Below, piece by piece: positions 28,629 through 39,520 of a stretch of DNA of 64,000 nucleotides. Source of the DNA: Alphaproteobacteria bacterium. Lineage in GTDB: Bacteria; Pseudomonadota; Alphaproteobacteria; Rhizobiales; Xanthobacteraceae. The first letter of the stretch is position 1. Every line of letters begins with the position of its first letter. The position numbers and the translations under genes were made by a program. The notes beneath the pieces were generated by a model that worked only from the letters and a program-made list of their open reading frames with translations, had not been told where the DNA came from and searched no databases. The stretch is from assembly GCA_005885285.1 (NCBI GenBank), contig VAZG01000187.1:2282-66281 (forward strand). The letters are read 5' to 3'.

Positions 28629-29678
28629 ATGCGCTTTACCAAGCCCAGGGACCTCCGTTCGATACCGAGCGCCACCGGGGGAATCGCTCGTCTGGCATGC
28701 GTCCGAATGCGAGAAGCAGGTAAAGACATAACATCTGTTCTCTCCGGGGCAGGATTGACTATCGCGGAGGTAAACGATCCGGCCGTTCGCCTCGAGGTGC
28801 GCACCCAAATCAAGGTTTTGGAACTGGCTGCCCAAGACCTTCAAGATGAGTTTCTTGGACTTCATCTGGCCCGAGGGTTCGACCTGCGTGAAATCGGTCT
28901 GCTCTACTACGTAATGGCCTCTTCCGAGCAACTTGCGGACTCCCTTCGTAACGCAGAGCGCTATAGCGTGATGAACAATGAAGGGATCCGACTGCGCTTC
29001 CGTTCAGACGCTGCAACGGTCATAACGCTTGAATACCTGAACGTTGACCGACTTTCCGATCGGCACCAGGTCGAGTTTTGGCTCACTACAATAGTGCGTC
29101 TATGCCGACAGTTGACAAACAACCGACTAGCGCCTCGACAAATGACGCTCAGGCATTTTCGCGATGGCGCGCCCGCTGAATACAAATCGTTTTTGGCGGG
29201 TGATATTGAATTTGGTGCTGATGCCGACGAAATCGTTTTTCCGAAACATTTCGCTTCTCTTCCGATCGTCGGGGCCGACACTCACCTGAACAAATTGCTA
29301 CGGAGATATGCAGATGAAGCGCTTGCTCGCCGGCCGCAAGAGCGCAACAGCGTGCGTGCGAATGTGGAACGAGCGATTCCGGAGTTGCTTCCACATGGCA
29401 AAGCCACAATTTCGGAAGTTGCGCGCCAACTTGGTTTCAGTTGTCGTACGCTCTCGCGCGCGCTTTTGGCCGAGGGCGTAACCTTTACCAAAATACTGGA
29501 GGAATTAAGGGCTGCTCTCGCCAGACGCTACCTCAGAGATCGCGAGCTGCCTATCTCGGAAATAGCGTGGCTCCTAGGGTACCGGGAGATTGGCTCTTTC
29601 ACGCATGCATTCAAACGATGGACCGGAACGAGCCCGAGCCAATTCCGATCGTCGAGGACGCCTCCAGCCAGGAAGTAA
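28629..29678 (+). CDS. AraC family transcriptional regulator
   Basis: C-terminal double HTH (EIAWLLGYREIGSFTHAFKRWTG). Confidence 0.9.
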   Translation: MRFTKPRDLRSIPSATGGIARLACVRMREAGKDITSVLSGAGLTIAEVNDPAVRLEVRTQIKVLELAAQDLQDEFLGLHLARGFDLREIGLLYYVMASSEQLADSLRNAERYSVMNNEGIRLRFRSDAATVITLEYLNVDRLSDRHQVEFWLTTIVRLCRQLTNNRLAPRQMTLRHFRDGAPAEYKSFLAGDIEFGADADEIVFPKHFASLPIVGADTHLNKLLRRYADEALARRPQERNSVRANVERAIPELLPHGKATISEVARQLGFSCRTLSRALLAEGVTFTKILEELRAALARRYLRDRELPISEIAWLLGYREIGSFTHAFKRWTGTSPSQFRSSRTPPARK

Positions 29679-30161
29679 CCATACCAATTGCCAAATCGTC
29701 CTTCGAAGGTTTTCGGCGCCAAAACGCAAATTATTGGCACGCAATAACAAGACCGGGTTGCGGGTGTTTGTTAACACGTCAGCGCCGCCGGCCCAACGGC
29801 TCTTCGCGGTTGATCCAGTTTCATTTGGCAGAACCTGACAATGGACCGAGCGGACTTTTTATTCTGGCTTTCGCTTTTCTGGCTCTTCGTTCTGTCGGGT
29901 GCGGCGATCTGGATACTATTGGCGCCTTAGGAGAGGCCGGGGCGACGTTCGCCAGCCGGTAATACGGCAAGTTCGAACGCGCACCCGCCTTGCGTCGAAT
30001 TCTGGCACGTGTTGTCTCGGCCGGGTGTCTACTTCGCCTCAACGTCGGGCGGAGGCGACCTGCGACGAGCAATGGATTCACATCGACCATGACCGAGCAA
30101 GTGGCCGCGGAAAGTAATACGAGAATTTGTCAGCGCTGTGCGGGCCGGTCGGCTAACCTCC

Positions 30162-30588
30162 TCACCAGACTCCGTTACCGAACCAAGCAAATTGCGGTTG
30201 CCGGGCTGCCGGCAGATGTCTCTTGGCAACCTTGTATTGGCGTTGCAGCTTTGGCTTTCGCAATTTTTGGACGAATGGCTGCAATTGCTCGGTGTCGGAC
30301 AGCTGCGCAAACGCCTCACGCACCCTCACTTTGGCTGAGACGTCGGCGATCATTGCCGAGGCGTTGGCGCCGACCTCCGCGCTCGCGATCTGCACGGGAA
30401 TGATTGTCGGGAGGCTCGTATCGTAAGCAATGCGCTCCGGCCATTTCCGATCGGAATGAATACGGATGATGTACGAACCCGTGCCGGCCCTGTGCGTAAT
30501 CGGCGGTTTCGGAAGATATGCATCCAAAATAAAAAGGCAGTACGAGCAATATTCCGCCAACGAGCGAAAAATATCGCGCGAGAGGCAT
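30162..30588 (-). pseudogene. frameshifted paralog of 10301-10735
   Basis: MPLARYFSLVGG start in one frame and IRIHSDRKWPERIAYDT body in another; +1 shift near 30535. Confidence 0.7.
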
Positions 30589-30867
30589 CCGTTGCGGCAC
30601 CTGGTAAGCATTGGCAAGCATTGGTCGAAGTCGGCCCCTCCATGAATAACGACGCCAGTCCATTGGTATGATTGCGACGCCGGTCCGTCCGCTCCGCGGC
30701 GCGGCAACGAAAACGGCTATCTTGGTGGAAATCGCCGCAAACCAAGGTTGCACTCCGCGGCCCTTCGAGTCGAACTCGGGCACGGTCCTGTTGCGGCAGA
30801 TATCCGCTTTGGCCCGACCCGAGCGATCCGCGACGTCGGAAGAGTGCTATCCGCGCGAAAGATCCAA

Positions 30868-31107
30868 TCAGCGGCGACCGACGCGATCCACCGGACCGCC
30901 GCGATTCCTGGGCGTTCCAGGCGCGCCGACCCCGGGGGTCACCACCGCGCGCGCGACGGGCCGTGGACGAAGCACCACACCCGCCCTCACGGTGCAGCCA
31001 ACAGGGTAGTCGACATATTGGCAGTAGACCACGGCACCAACCTGTTCCGTACCAGCTGTTACGAAGCCAGCGACAAGCAGCGCGGATGATGCGATCAAGA
31101 ATTTCAT
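30868..31107 (-). CDS. small secreted Arg/Val/Pro-rich protein
   Basis: Signal peptide; VVYCQYVDYPVGC..RPRPVARAVV. Confidence 0.65.
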   Translation of the reverse strand: MKFLIASSALLVAGFVTAGTEQVGAVVYCQYVDYPVGCTVRAGVVLRPRPVARAVVTPGVGAPGTPRNRGGPVDRVGRR

Positions 31108-31214
31108 CTTGATCTCCCTGGGCCGGAAGTTCCCAATATTCCCCCGAGAGGGCGAACTTCAGTGCAGTCCTCTCAAAGTACAATGCGAGGATGGCGACGG
31201 GCCGATGATCAGGA

Positions 31215-31228
31215 TTGATACAGATCAA
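31215..31228. promoter_or_regulatory. FixK/FNR box
   Basis: TTGAT-ACAG-ATCAA, perfect, about 108 bp upstream of the 31107 start. Confidence 0.72.
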
Positions 31229-31257
31229 GCTCCGTTGTTCATCGAGCCGCGCCGCCA

Positions 31258-31716
31258 CTATTCAGACCACCAGCGCTTCTGCAGTTTTCCCCCCTCGTTG
31301 CCGCCTGCCGTCAGCGTCATCCGCAACACCTCGAAAATCACGGCCGTCGACCAGCCAAACAGCAGCACGCCGTTCATTGCGGTCATTGGTCCAAGCAAAT
31401 GCCAGCGGACGACCGGCGTCACGTCGCCGTAGCCGAGCGTCGTGTAGTTTACAAAGGCGAAATAGATGAGATCAGTATCTGCCGGCGCGGTATTGGTAAT
31501 CGCGTAAATCAATGACCAGACCAGCACCTCCGCCAGGTGCGCGAACATCAAGACCGTCACGGCGGCAATCATGACTGCGATCAATCGAAGCGTTTGACGT
31601 GACGTTGCCAACTCGTCCGCAATGCGCGTTACCTTTATGACGGCCGTCATCACCAAAGCATGGATCGCAATGTTGCAGACACTGGCAGCTGCGCCCACGA
31701 GATATTGACGCAACAT
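31258..31716 (-). CDS. 2-TM potassium channel family protein
   Basis: Selectivity filter TTLGYGD between TM helices. Confidence 0.85.
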   Translation of the reverse strand: MLRQYLVGAAASVCNIAIHALVMTAVIKVTRIADELATSRQTLRLIAVMIAAVTVLMFAHLAEVLVWSLIYAITNTAPADTDLIYFAFVNYTTLGYGDVTPVVRWHLLGPMTAMNGVLLFGWSTAVIFEVLRMTLTAGGNEGGKLQKRWWSE

Positions 31717-31798
31717 GGCTGTGCCTCCGGCGATGGGGCTGTTTCTTCCAGGCGAGGAATGTCGGCGATCGATTTGTATTCTCTGGCCAGTCAATGCC

Positions 31799-32590
31799 CT
31801 AATCGATGATGTGATATCCACCGTCTATGTACATGACGTCGCCGGTGATAAGTTTCGCGCCGTCGAGCGCTAGAAAAGCGGTCGCCGCACCGACATCATC
31901 GATGCTTACGAGACTTCGCGCGGGAGCCTTGGCCTGCGCCTTGTCCATCAACTCGTCGAAATCGGGAATCCCTGAAGCCGCGCGCGTCGCCAGCGGCCCC
32001 GGTGAAATCGCGTGCACCCGGATACCTTTGGGGCCGAGCTCAGCTGCCATGTAGCGAACGGCGGCCTCCAGCGCCGCCTTCGCAACTCCCATGACGTTAT
32101 AGTTCTGCACCACCATCTGGCTGCCATAGTAGGTCATGGTGAAGAGCGTACCGCCGTTCTTCATCAGCGGCTCCGCCAGATGCGCCATCCGCATGAATGA
32201 CCAGCAGGAAACGTCCATCGTCTTGAGGAAACCGTCGCGCTGAACGTCGACCACCCGCCCGTGCAGCGCCTCCTTCGGGGAGAACGCGATCGAGTGAAGC
32301 AGAAAATCGAGTCTGCCCCACTCCTTCTTGATGCGCTCGAACGCCTGTTCCATTTGTCCTTCAGCAGTCACGTCGAGCGGCATGAGGATCGGCGCCTCAA
32401 GCTCCTTCGCCAGCGGTTCGACATGTTTCTTTGCCCGGTCGTTCAGATAAGTGACCGCCAATTCCGCGCCCAGCGCCCGAAACGCCTTGGCGCATCCCCA
32501 CGCGATCGACTGATCGTTGGCGATGCCGACCACGAGTCCCTTTCGTCCTCTCAGCGCAACCTTGGTTTCGGGAAATACCGGAATTGTCAT
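31799..32590 (-). CDS. fabI: enoyl-ACP reductase
   Basis: [36 protein letters not shown]. Confidence 0.92.
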   Translation of the reverse strand: MTIPVFPETKVALRGRKGLVVGIANDQSIAWGCAKAFRALGAELAVTYLNDRAKKHVEPLAKELEAPILMPLDVTAEGQMEQAFERIKKEWGRLDFLLHSIAFSPKEALHGRVVDVQRDGFLKTMDVSCWSFMRMAHLAEPLMKNGGTLFTMTYYGSQMVVQNYNVMGVAKAALEAAVRYMAAELGPKGIRVHAISPGPLATRAASGIPDFDELMDKAQAKAPARSLVSIDDVGAATAFLALDGAKLITGDVMYIDGGYHIID

Positions 32591-33813
32591 GAGGCTCTCA
32601 CCTGTTTTGGGATCGAAGACGAATGCCGATCACACAGCAGTGACAATGTGTGCTGCGCAATCATCAACTCTTCATTGGTTGGCACGATGTAAACGGGGAT
32701 GCGGCTACCTGCGCGAGATATCCGCGGCGCGTGCCGGGCATTCTCCGCTGGATCAAGCGACACACCGAGCCATTCGAGCCGCTCCGCAATCCTTGCGCGA
32801 ATGCCGACGGAGTTTTCGCCAATGCCCGCGGTAAAGACAAAGGCATCCAGTCCTTGCAAGGCGGCCGCCAGCATTCCGGCATGGAGCGCGACCCTGTAAA
32901 CAAAATGGTCGATCGCAAATGCCGCCCAGGGATCGCTGCTGTTCTGAAGCTCCCGCATATCGTTGCTGACGCCGGAAAGCCCCTTTAGCCCGCAATCGCG
33001 GTACAGAAAATCCTGCGCCTCGGCCGGCGACATGCCCTTTGCCGACATGAGATACAGCACGACGCCAGGATCGATCTGGCCGGTCCGCGTTCCCATGGGA
33101 AGTCCGTCGAGAGCGGTGAAGCCCATCGTGCTTTCCACGCTGCGGCCTCCGTGAATGGCGCACATCGAAGCGCCGCTGCCCAGATGCGCGACGATAACGC
33201 GCCCTTGCGCGATCTCAGGTGCGATGTTCGGCAAGCTTTTCGCGATGTACTCGTAGGAAAGTCCATGGAACCCATAACGCCGTACACCTTCATCGTGCAG
33301 CCTTCGGGGTATGGCGTAATGATCCGCCAGCTCGTCATGGTCGCGGTGAAACGCCGTGTCGAAGCAAGCGACCTGAGGCAGTGAGGGGAATTTGGCAAGA
33401 AGGGAACGGATTGGCGCCAGGTTATGGGGTTGATGAAGTGGCGCAAGCGTCGTCAAGCGCTCTAGACGCGCAACCACGCCATGGTCGATCAATACGGGCC
33501 GATCGTAATCGGGACCGCCGTGGACGACCCGATGCCCGACAGCGAGTGGACTGAGTTGGAGTTCGTCGCGCAGCCAAGCGGCCGCGACCAGCAGTGCAGC
33601 CGGAACGTCCGGAATACTCTCAATCGGATAGGCGCGGTCTGCCAGCGTATCGCCGGTCGTTCCTGTGGCGCGCAACCGGGGACGGCTTCCGATGCCGTCC
33701 ATCTGGCCCTTGATCTCTCTTCGCAGCCTGCCCTCCCCATCGAGTGCGAACACCTGGAACTTGACGCTTGAGGAGCCGGCATTGACGACCAGGATTGCAT
33801 CCATGGCGGTCAC
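32587..33813 (-). CDS. ackA: acetate/propionate kinase
   Basis: [34 protein letters not shown]. Confidence 0.93.
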   Translation of the reverse strand: MTAMDAILVVNAGSSSVKFQVFALDGEGRLRREIKGQMDGIGSRPRLRATGTTGDTLADRAYPIESIPDVPAALLVAAAWLRDELQLSPLAVGHRVVHGGPDYDRPVLIDHGVVARLERLTTLAPLHQPHNLAPIRSLLAKFPSLPQVACFDTAFHRDHDELADHYAIPRRLHDEGVRRYGFHGLSYEYIAKSLPNIAPEIAQGRVIVAHLGSGASMCAIHGGRSVESTMGFTALDGLPMGTRTGQIDPGVVLYLMSAKGMSPAEAQDFLYRDCGLKGLSGVSNDMRELQNSSDPWAAFAIDHFVYRVALHAGMLAAALQGLDAFVFTAGIGENSVGIRARIAERLEWLGVSLDPAENARHAPRISRAGSRIPVYIVPTNEELMIAQHTLSLLCDRHSSSIPKQVRAS

Positions 33814-34787
33814 GCGGCGGCTGTCTGCGCGCGAGTGCGGCGCGCGTTGGCATAAAGAGTAGCAACCGCGCAGGACGCCATGCGAGATCTCGGTGTATCC
33901 GCTCGAGAAGTCAGCACGACTGGAACGCGCGCACCGAGAACGATGCCGGCTCCGTCTGCCTTGGCGAAATACGTGAGATTTTTCGCAAGCATGTTGCCGG
34001 ATTCAAGATCCGGCACCAGCAGAATCTGGGCGCGGCCCGCGACCTCCGATTTGATCCCCTTGATCCTTGCCGCTTCCTTGTCGATCGCATTGTCGAACGC
34101 AAGTGGCCCGTCAAGCAGGCCCCCGGTGATCTGCCCACGGTCCGCCATCTTGCAGAGCGCCGCCGCCTCGATTGTCGAAGGTATCTTGGATGTAACGGTC
34201 TCGACCGCCGATAGGATGGCGACCCTGGGCAAGGTGCCGAAGCCCGCTTGCGTGTATAGATCGATAGCGTTCTGCACGATGTCGCGCTTGGCATCGAGGT
34301 CCGGAAATATATTGATCGCGGCGTCGGTGATAAACACCGTCTCGCTGTAAGCGGGGACGTCCATCACAAACACATGACTGACGCGCCGCTCCGTGCGCAG
34401 GCCACCGACTTTTGCCGTGACACTTCGCATGAGCTCGTCGGTGTGCAGGCTTCCTTTCATCAGCATTTCGCCCCTGGCCGCATGAATCAGCTCGACGGCC
34501 TTCGCCGCGGCGGCTTCGCTATGTGGGGTGTCGATCAGCTCAAACCCGCTGATGTCGATGTTGTGCTTGGAAGCGGCGCCCTTGATCTTCGCCGCAGGCC
34601 CCACCAGTATCGGCTTGATGATGCCAGCTTCGGCAGCGTCAGCTGCACCGCGCAGCGAGCTTTCGTCGCATGGATGCACGACGATTGTCGCTGCCGACGG
34701 GATCGCTTTCGCCGCTGCTATGAGACGATCGTATTTTGCGCCGGGCCTGGCTTCGCCCGCTTCAAGAGATGAAATGCTCATGTCCAA
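33810..34787 (-). CDS. pta: phosphate acetyl/butyryltransferase
   Basis: [34 protein letters not shown]. Confidence 0.88.
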   Translation of the reverse strand: MDMSISSLEAGEARPGAKYDRLIAAAKAIPSAATIVVHPCDESSLRGAADAAEAGIIKPILVGPAAKIKGAASKHNIDISGFELIDTPHSEAAAAKAVELIHAARGEMLMKGSLHTDELMRSVTAKVGGLRTERRVSHVFVMDVPAYSETVFITDAAINIFPDLDAKRDIVQNAIDLYTQAGFGTLPRVAILSAVETVTSKIPSTIEAAALCKMADRGQITGGLLDGPLAFDNAIDKEAARIKGIKSEVAGRAQILLVPDLESGNMLAKNLTYFAKADGAGIVLGARVPVVLTSRADTPRSRMASCAVATLYANARRTRAQTAAA

Positions 34788-34809
34788 CTCCCAATCGCCT
34801 CACAAAGAC

Positions 34810-37002
34810 CTATGACGCTTTCGCCTGCGGTTCCGCGGTCAGCCCAAACAGCTCAGTCACACGATCGAACCGCCTTGCGGTCTCGCCTGAGATTTTATCT
34901 CGACTTGCGGACAGCACCTCACGGATGACGTCCAGGCCAGCGCGACGTTCGGCCTCGCTCGGCGGCAGCAGTTTTGGGATGGCGGCGAGGCTCGCCTCAG
35001 GCTCGAGGAGCAGCATGAAGAACTGCTCGCGCACGATTGTCTTGAATTGCGCAAGCGTCAGGCGTGAACCGGCCACGCTCGCGCGGGCCCGCCGCAGCGC
35101 CTCCAGGCTCCGCTCGTCAACCATTCCGCGGGCCATGCCGACATAGAGCAGGCCGCGAATGACGCATTCCTTGAGACCGCCACTGGCGATCTGCGACTTC
35201 AGCTCCGCGATGCGCGTCTCCAGAAGCTTGCGATGTTCAGGCGACATCTCGGGCTTGGGCGACACATCCGCATCCGGCTTGATTCCAACCGCAGCCTGCA
35301 GCGCGGGCGATCCATAGATGCCCAGAAAAAGCGACTCGCTGACAGATTCCTGCGTGTCGCGCCAATAATCGAGAACATTGATGATGTTCTTCGAGACGGT
35401 CTCCTGGAAAGCAAGAAATGGATTATCCTCCGTCGCCGGCTTGCGGTGTTCGCGAACATTGTCAGCCGCTTCGGCGACTACCCTCATGGCCGCATTATCG
35501 CTGCCGAAGGCTTCGTACGAAAAGCGGAGCGGATGCCATTTGCGCATCCACTCCGCCAGTTGGGGAGTAACTGCGGCGCGAAGCCATGGCTGCACGAAAT
35601 TTCGGTAGTTGGCGAGGTTGATCTCGGACACCCGTGCGGCTGTCGCAAACCGCCGTTCATCCTCGGCCGTATTGCCGCCCATGGCCCGAACATCATCGAG
35701 GGTACGCTGCTCGCAACGCATGATCCACTTCCCGCCCGCAAGCTCTGCATTGGCGGTATCAGCGGATTTGGCTTCGAAGGTTGCCTCGTAAAGCCCCGGC
35801 GGGAGCACATCGATCAGGTCGATATTGCTTGAAAATTCGCTATGCTCTTTTTTGGCAACGCCGCCGGATACGAATATTCCGAGATGCCCGACCGTTTCGT
35901 GAACGGTGTAGACAATGGTCTGCCCGTAGGATCGGATCTCTTCGACGTCGCTGTAGAGATCGAGAATCCAGTGAAGCGCCTGCTGCGGCGGTGTGATGTT
36001 GTCGCCCTTTGAACAGAATACGACGATCGGTGAACGGATATTCCGCAGGTCAACAACCCTGCCGTCAGATGTCTTGATGCGCCCCGCGGCGAGCTTGTTG
36101 CCAACGAACAACTCATCGACGATGAACTGAATCTCCTCGGCATTGAGGTTGACATGTCCACCCCACCAGCGCTCGAAATCGAGATAGCGATCCGCCTCGG
36201 TATCGATCTTTGAATAGACGTTGTACTGCTTGGTCCACAGCGTGTTCGATGGATTCATGTTCTCGAAGTTCTGGACCAGCCAGGCGCCGTCGAACTTGCC
36301 GCCACCGAGGTCGCTGGTGAGGGCGGCCGACCAGCTTCCGCCCAGCAAACCGCCCGAATAGCGCATCGGGTTCTTGCCGTGGACACCGGCCCAGTAGGAT
36401 AACGGCGCACCGGCGATGATGATCGGGCCAAACAATTCCGGCCTCAGCGAAGCCAGGATCATGACGGCCCAACCGGCCTGGCAATTGCCGATCACGCACG
36501 GCTTGCCGTCGGCATCCGGATGCAGAGCGATGACCTTGTCGATGAAAACCGCTTCGGCCCGTGCAACGTCCCCGATCGTTTGGCCGGGCATTGGGTCGGG
36601 CAGGAAGCCAATGAAATAGCAGGGATGGCCGGCCTTCATTGCAACGCCGATTTCGCTGTCGGATTTAAAGCCGCCGATTCCGGGTCCGTGCCCCGCGCGG
36701 GGATCGACCACGACGAATGGACGGCGCTTCAAATCGATTTCCACTCCAGCCGGAGGAACGATACGCACGAGTCCATAATTCACCGGCCGCTTGAGGTTCC
36801 TTCCGTCGACGATTAACTCGACCTCATAGTCGAGGACATGGGGCGCGGTTTGGGCCAGATGCTCGCAATATTGAAGACCGCGCTGGCGCATGACATCCAG
36901 AAACAGGACGCTGCGTTGCCCGGTGTCCACCAGATACTCGAAGGCAGGTGCGAAAATCCCGGGCAGCGCGGCGCCCGAAACTGCCGGCTCGTTGGTTGTC
37001 AT
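34810..37002 (-). CDS. DUF3141 family alpha/beta hydrolase (PHA synthase-like)
   Basis: RPFVVVDPRAGHGPGIGGFK; nucleophile elbow GNCQAG; GHLGIFVS. Confidence 0.85.
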   Translation of the reverse strand: MTTNEPAVSGAALPGIFAPAFEYLVDTGQRSVLFLDVMRQRGLQYCEHLAQTAPHVLDYEVELIVDGRNLKRPVNYGLVRIVPPAGVEIDLKRRPFVVVDPRAGHGPGIGGFKSDSEIGVAMKAGHPCYFIGFLPDPMPGQTIGDVARAEAVFIDKVIALHPDADGKPCVIGNCQAGWAVMILASLRPELFGPIIIAGAPLSYWAGVHGKNPMRYSGGLLGGSWSAALTSDLGGGKFDGAWLVQNFENMNPSNTLWTKQYNVYSKIDTEADRYLDFERWWGGHVNLNAEEIQFIVDELFVGNKLAAGRIKTSDGRVVDLRNIRSPIVVFCSKGDNITPPQQALHWILDLYSDVEEIRSYGQTIVYTVHETVGHLGIFVSGGVAKKEHSEFSSNIDLIDVLPPGLYEATFEAKSADTANAELAGGKWIMRCEQRTLDDVRAMGGNTAEDERRFATAARVSEINLANYRNFVQPWLRAAVTPQLAEWMRKWHPLRFSYEAFGSDNAAMRVVAEAADNVREHRKPATEDNPFLAFQETVSKNIINVLDYWRDTQESVSESLFLGIYGSPALQAAVGIKPDADVSPKPEMSPEHRKLLETRIAELKSQIASGGLKECVIRGLLYVGMARGMVDERSLEALRRARASVAGSRLTLAQFKTIVREQFFMLLLEPEASLAAIPKLLPPSEAERRAGLDVIREVLSASRDKISGETARRFDRVTELFGLTAEPQAKAS

Positions 37003-37066
37003 GCTCAAATCTCTCACTCCCTGCAGCAGCCCATGCGTCAGGATTGCGCTTGGGCGGAGGAGACCT

Positions 37067-37080
37067 TTGATATAGGTCAA
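37067..37080. promoter_or_regulatory. FixK/FNR box
   Basis: TTGAT-ATAG-GTCAA, 65 bp upstream of the DUF3141 start. Confidence 0.7.
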
Positions 37081-37170
37081 GGGAGCCCGCCGCTCGCTTA
37101 ACACGTCGTTACATTGCTGCCGCGGTTTGCAAGCGAGGGAAAATAGCCACCACCGGTCGGGGTCAGAATG

Positions 37171-38292
37171 CTAACCCTCCGCGACGAGTTTTTCTCCGTC
37201 CTGCGCCGCAACAGGCGAGACAGCGCCAGCCTGATCCTCGCGGATCCATGCCGTCATCAGTTCCCAGGCTACCGCCAGGATGATGGGCCCGATAAAAAGG
37301 CCGACGATGCCATGCGCCAGCATGCCGCCCAAGACGCCGATGAAGATGACAAGCATCGGCGTGCTCAGTCCGCGTCCCATCAGCATGGGCTTCAAGATGT
37401 TGTCAGCCAGCCCCACGATCAGCAGATAGATTGTTAGCGGGAGAGCCACCGCAAACTCCTTGGTCGCCCAAATCCATATGATGACGGGAATGAGGACGAT
37501 CGCCGACCCGATCTGCAGGATTGCAAGGATCAGCACGGCGAACGCCAACGCGCCCGCGTGAGGCACGCCCGCAAGTTTCAATCCGATTCCGGCTAGCAGC
37601 GACTGGAGGACGGCAACGCCGATTACTCCCTGGGACACCGTGCGTATTGTCAGCCCTGCCAGCGCAACAAAATCATCGCTTCGCTGCGCCATGAGACGCG
37701 ACTGCATTCTTCTTGTCGCCGCAACGAGGTGCGGGCCGTGGACAAACAGGAAACCGGACAACGCCACTGACAGAACAAACTTGAGCGTACCCATGCCCGC
37801 ACTGCCGGCAAAGGCGAGTACCGGACCGGCCAGTGGCTTCAGGTGCGGAGCTACCTGACGCAACACAGCCCCAAGATTTGTAGCAGCCTGGTCCCAGAGG
37901 CCGTAAACCCGCGGACCGATGATCGGCCAGTCTTTGACGCCGTCTGGCGGCGACGGAATAGCCAAGTTGCCTGCGCCGAGCTGGCCCGCGAAGCCTTGCA
38001 ATCCATCGATCAAGCCCACTCCGAGCCACGTCACCGGTCCGATGATGATCGCGAGACTGACAGCCGTGATGATCATAGCCGCCAGCTTCGGCCGATCGCC
38101 AAGCTGTAGCGATAGCCAGCTGTACGGCGGGTACAGGGCCACGGTGAGAATCATACTCCAGGCCAGTATGGGAATGAATGGACGAACAAGGACGAACGAC
38201 CAGTAAAGTAGGAAGGTCAGCAGAGCCAGGCGGATCGCCAGTTGTGTGATCTCGTCGCCGGATTTGATTTGCCGAAACAGCCGTAGGGTCAT
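37171..38292 (-). CDS. AI-2E family transporter
   Basis: DNILKPMLMGRG..GIVGLFIGPIILA. Confidence 0.9.
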   Translation of the reverse strand: MTLRLFRQIKSGDEITQLAIRLALLTFLLYWSFVLVRPFIPILAWSMILTVALYPPYSWLSLQLGDRPKLAAMIITAVSLAIIIGPVTWLGVGLIDGLQGFAGQLGAGNLAIPSPPDGVKDWPIIGPRVYGLWDQAATNLGAVLRQVAPHLKPLAGPVLAFAGSAGMGTLKFVLSVALSGFLFVHGPHLVAATRRMQSRLMAQRSDDFVALAGLTIRTVSQGVIGVAVLQSLLAGIGLKLAGVPHAGALAFAVLILAILQIGSAIVLIPVIIWIWATKEFAVALPLTIYLLIVGLADNILKPMLMGRGLSTPMLVIFIGVLGGMLAHGIVGLFIGPIILAVAWELMTAWIREDQAGAVSPVAAQDGEKLVAEG

Positions 38293-38407
38293 CGCTTCAA
38301 CATCCCGCCCGCCCGCATTGCACGCGCAACGACTACGCGCGAACGATGCAGCATGTGAGAACCTCCATTCGCGTCCCAAGCCTATTGTCGCCTGCGCAAA
38401 CCCGGGC

Positions 38408-38421
38408 TTGATCCAGATCAA
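38408..38421. promoter_or_regulatory. FixK/FNR box
   Basis: TTGAT-CCAG-ATCAA, perfect, between divergent AI-2E and GNAT genes. Confidence 0.75.
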
Positions 38422-38510
38422 GCATCGCCAGGGCGGGATTGTTCTCCCTTGCGAGGGCATAATGCCGGCACAACGCCTTGCTGTTTCGAGCAGACCGGGA
38501 AGCATTTCTC

Positions 38511-39032
38511 ATGTCCGGAGCCGCCGACTATTCGGCCGTCGAGCATCTTCGCGACGGGCGTCCGATTGAAATTCGCGCACTTCGTCCCGATGACAGAGCC
38601 GAGATGCTCGCGGCCGTCGGACGAACCAGCACGCAATCGCTGCGACGACGCTTTTTCGTACCAAAAAAGGTTTTCTCGGAGCAGGAATTGGCGTTTTTTC
38701 TCAACATCGATTTCGAAAACCATGTCGCGCTCGTCGCGCAGATCGATGAAGACGGATCTCCGACGATCGTCGCTGGTGGACGCTATATCGTTGTCCAGCC
38801 CGGCCAGGCTGAGATAGCTTTCGTCGTGGTCGATGCCTATCAAGGTCAAGGTATTGGCACGATCCTCATGCGCCATCTTGCCGTTCTGGCGTGCGATGCC
38901 GGCCTCAACGAGCTGATTGCGGAGGTGTTACCCGAGAACACCGCGATGCTGAAAGTGTTCGGCAAATTCGGCTTTCGACCAAGCTCAAAACGGGAGCCCC
39001 AGGTCAGACATCTGACCATGCGGCTTAACTGA
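38511..39032 (+). CDS. GNAT family N-acetyltransferase
   Basis: LRDGRPIEIRALRPDD; VVDAYQGQGIGT acetyl-CoA loop; ENTAMLKVF. Confidence 0.88.
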   Translation: MSGAADYSAVEHLRDGRPIEIRALRPDDRAEMLAAVGRTSTQSLRRRFFVPKKVFSEQELAFFLNIDFENHVALVAQIDEDGSPTIVAGGRYIVVQPGQAEIAFVVVDAYQGQGIGTILMRHLAVLACDAGLNELIAEVLPENTAMLKVFGKFGFRPSSKREPQVRHLTMRLN

Positions 39033-39184
39033 GCAGGAGGGCGCGCTGCTTTTTGGTCAGAGACTTGTCGCAGCGCTTAGGTGCGTTCCCTTGTGAGGGC
39101 ACCATATGCCCCGCCCTCCAGCCTCGTTGTCCGGCCAACGAAACATTCTGGAGGGCATATTTTGTGGCGCGATCAGGTTAAGCC

Positions 39185-39454
39185 TCAGCGGCAGACATAC
39201 GACCCATTTACCAGTACGCGGACACAGCGCGTGGCGGCTGCACCAACAGTCGCTCCGCCTACTACCGCGCGCCGTGTCGTTCGTCGCGCAACGCCTGCAA
39301 CGCTCACCGGGGTTCCCGGCCGTCCCACCCTGGCCTGCGCGCTTTCAATTGACAGCGAAAGACCGTTCCTTGCTGACCAGTCTGCGGACCCTAGAGCTCC
39401 ACATGCGACAACGGCGACAACCAAACATACCTTCTTAACGCTGATTTGCCTCAT
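39185..39454 (-). CDS. small secreted protein (ESAQARVGRP family)
   Basis: LSIESAQARVGRPGTPVSVAGVARRTTRR. Confidence 0.7.
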   Translation of the reverse strand: MRQISVKKVCLVVAVVACGALGSADWSARNGLSLSIESAQARVGRPGTPVSVAGVARRTTRRAVVGGATVGAAATRCVRVLVNGSYVCR

Positions 39455-39506
39455 AGCAACCTCCTCTGCTTGTCGAAACAACGATAGTCATCGGGGACTG
39501 GCATGA

Positions 39507-39520
39507 TTGATCTAGGTCAA
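39507..39520. promoter_or_regulatory. FixK/FNR box
   Basis: TTGAT-CTAG-GTCAA, 53 bp upstream of the 39454 start. Confidence 0.7.

Noticed and set aside
29680-30160. ORFs 29821-30090 and 29990-30403
   Set aside because: No signal peptide, domain or RBS support; cannot be called.
34810-37002. Naming DUF3141 as phaC
   Set aside because: It shares a Cys nucleophile elbow, but I cannot establish synthase activity from sequence.
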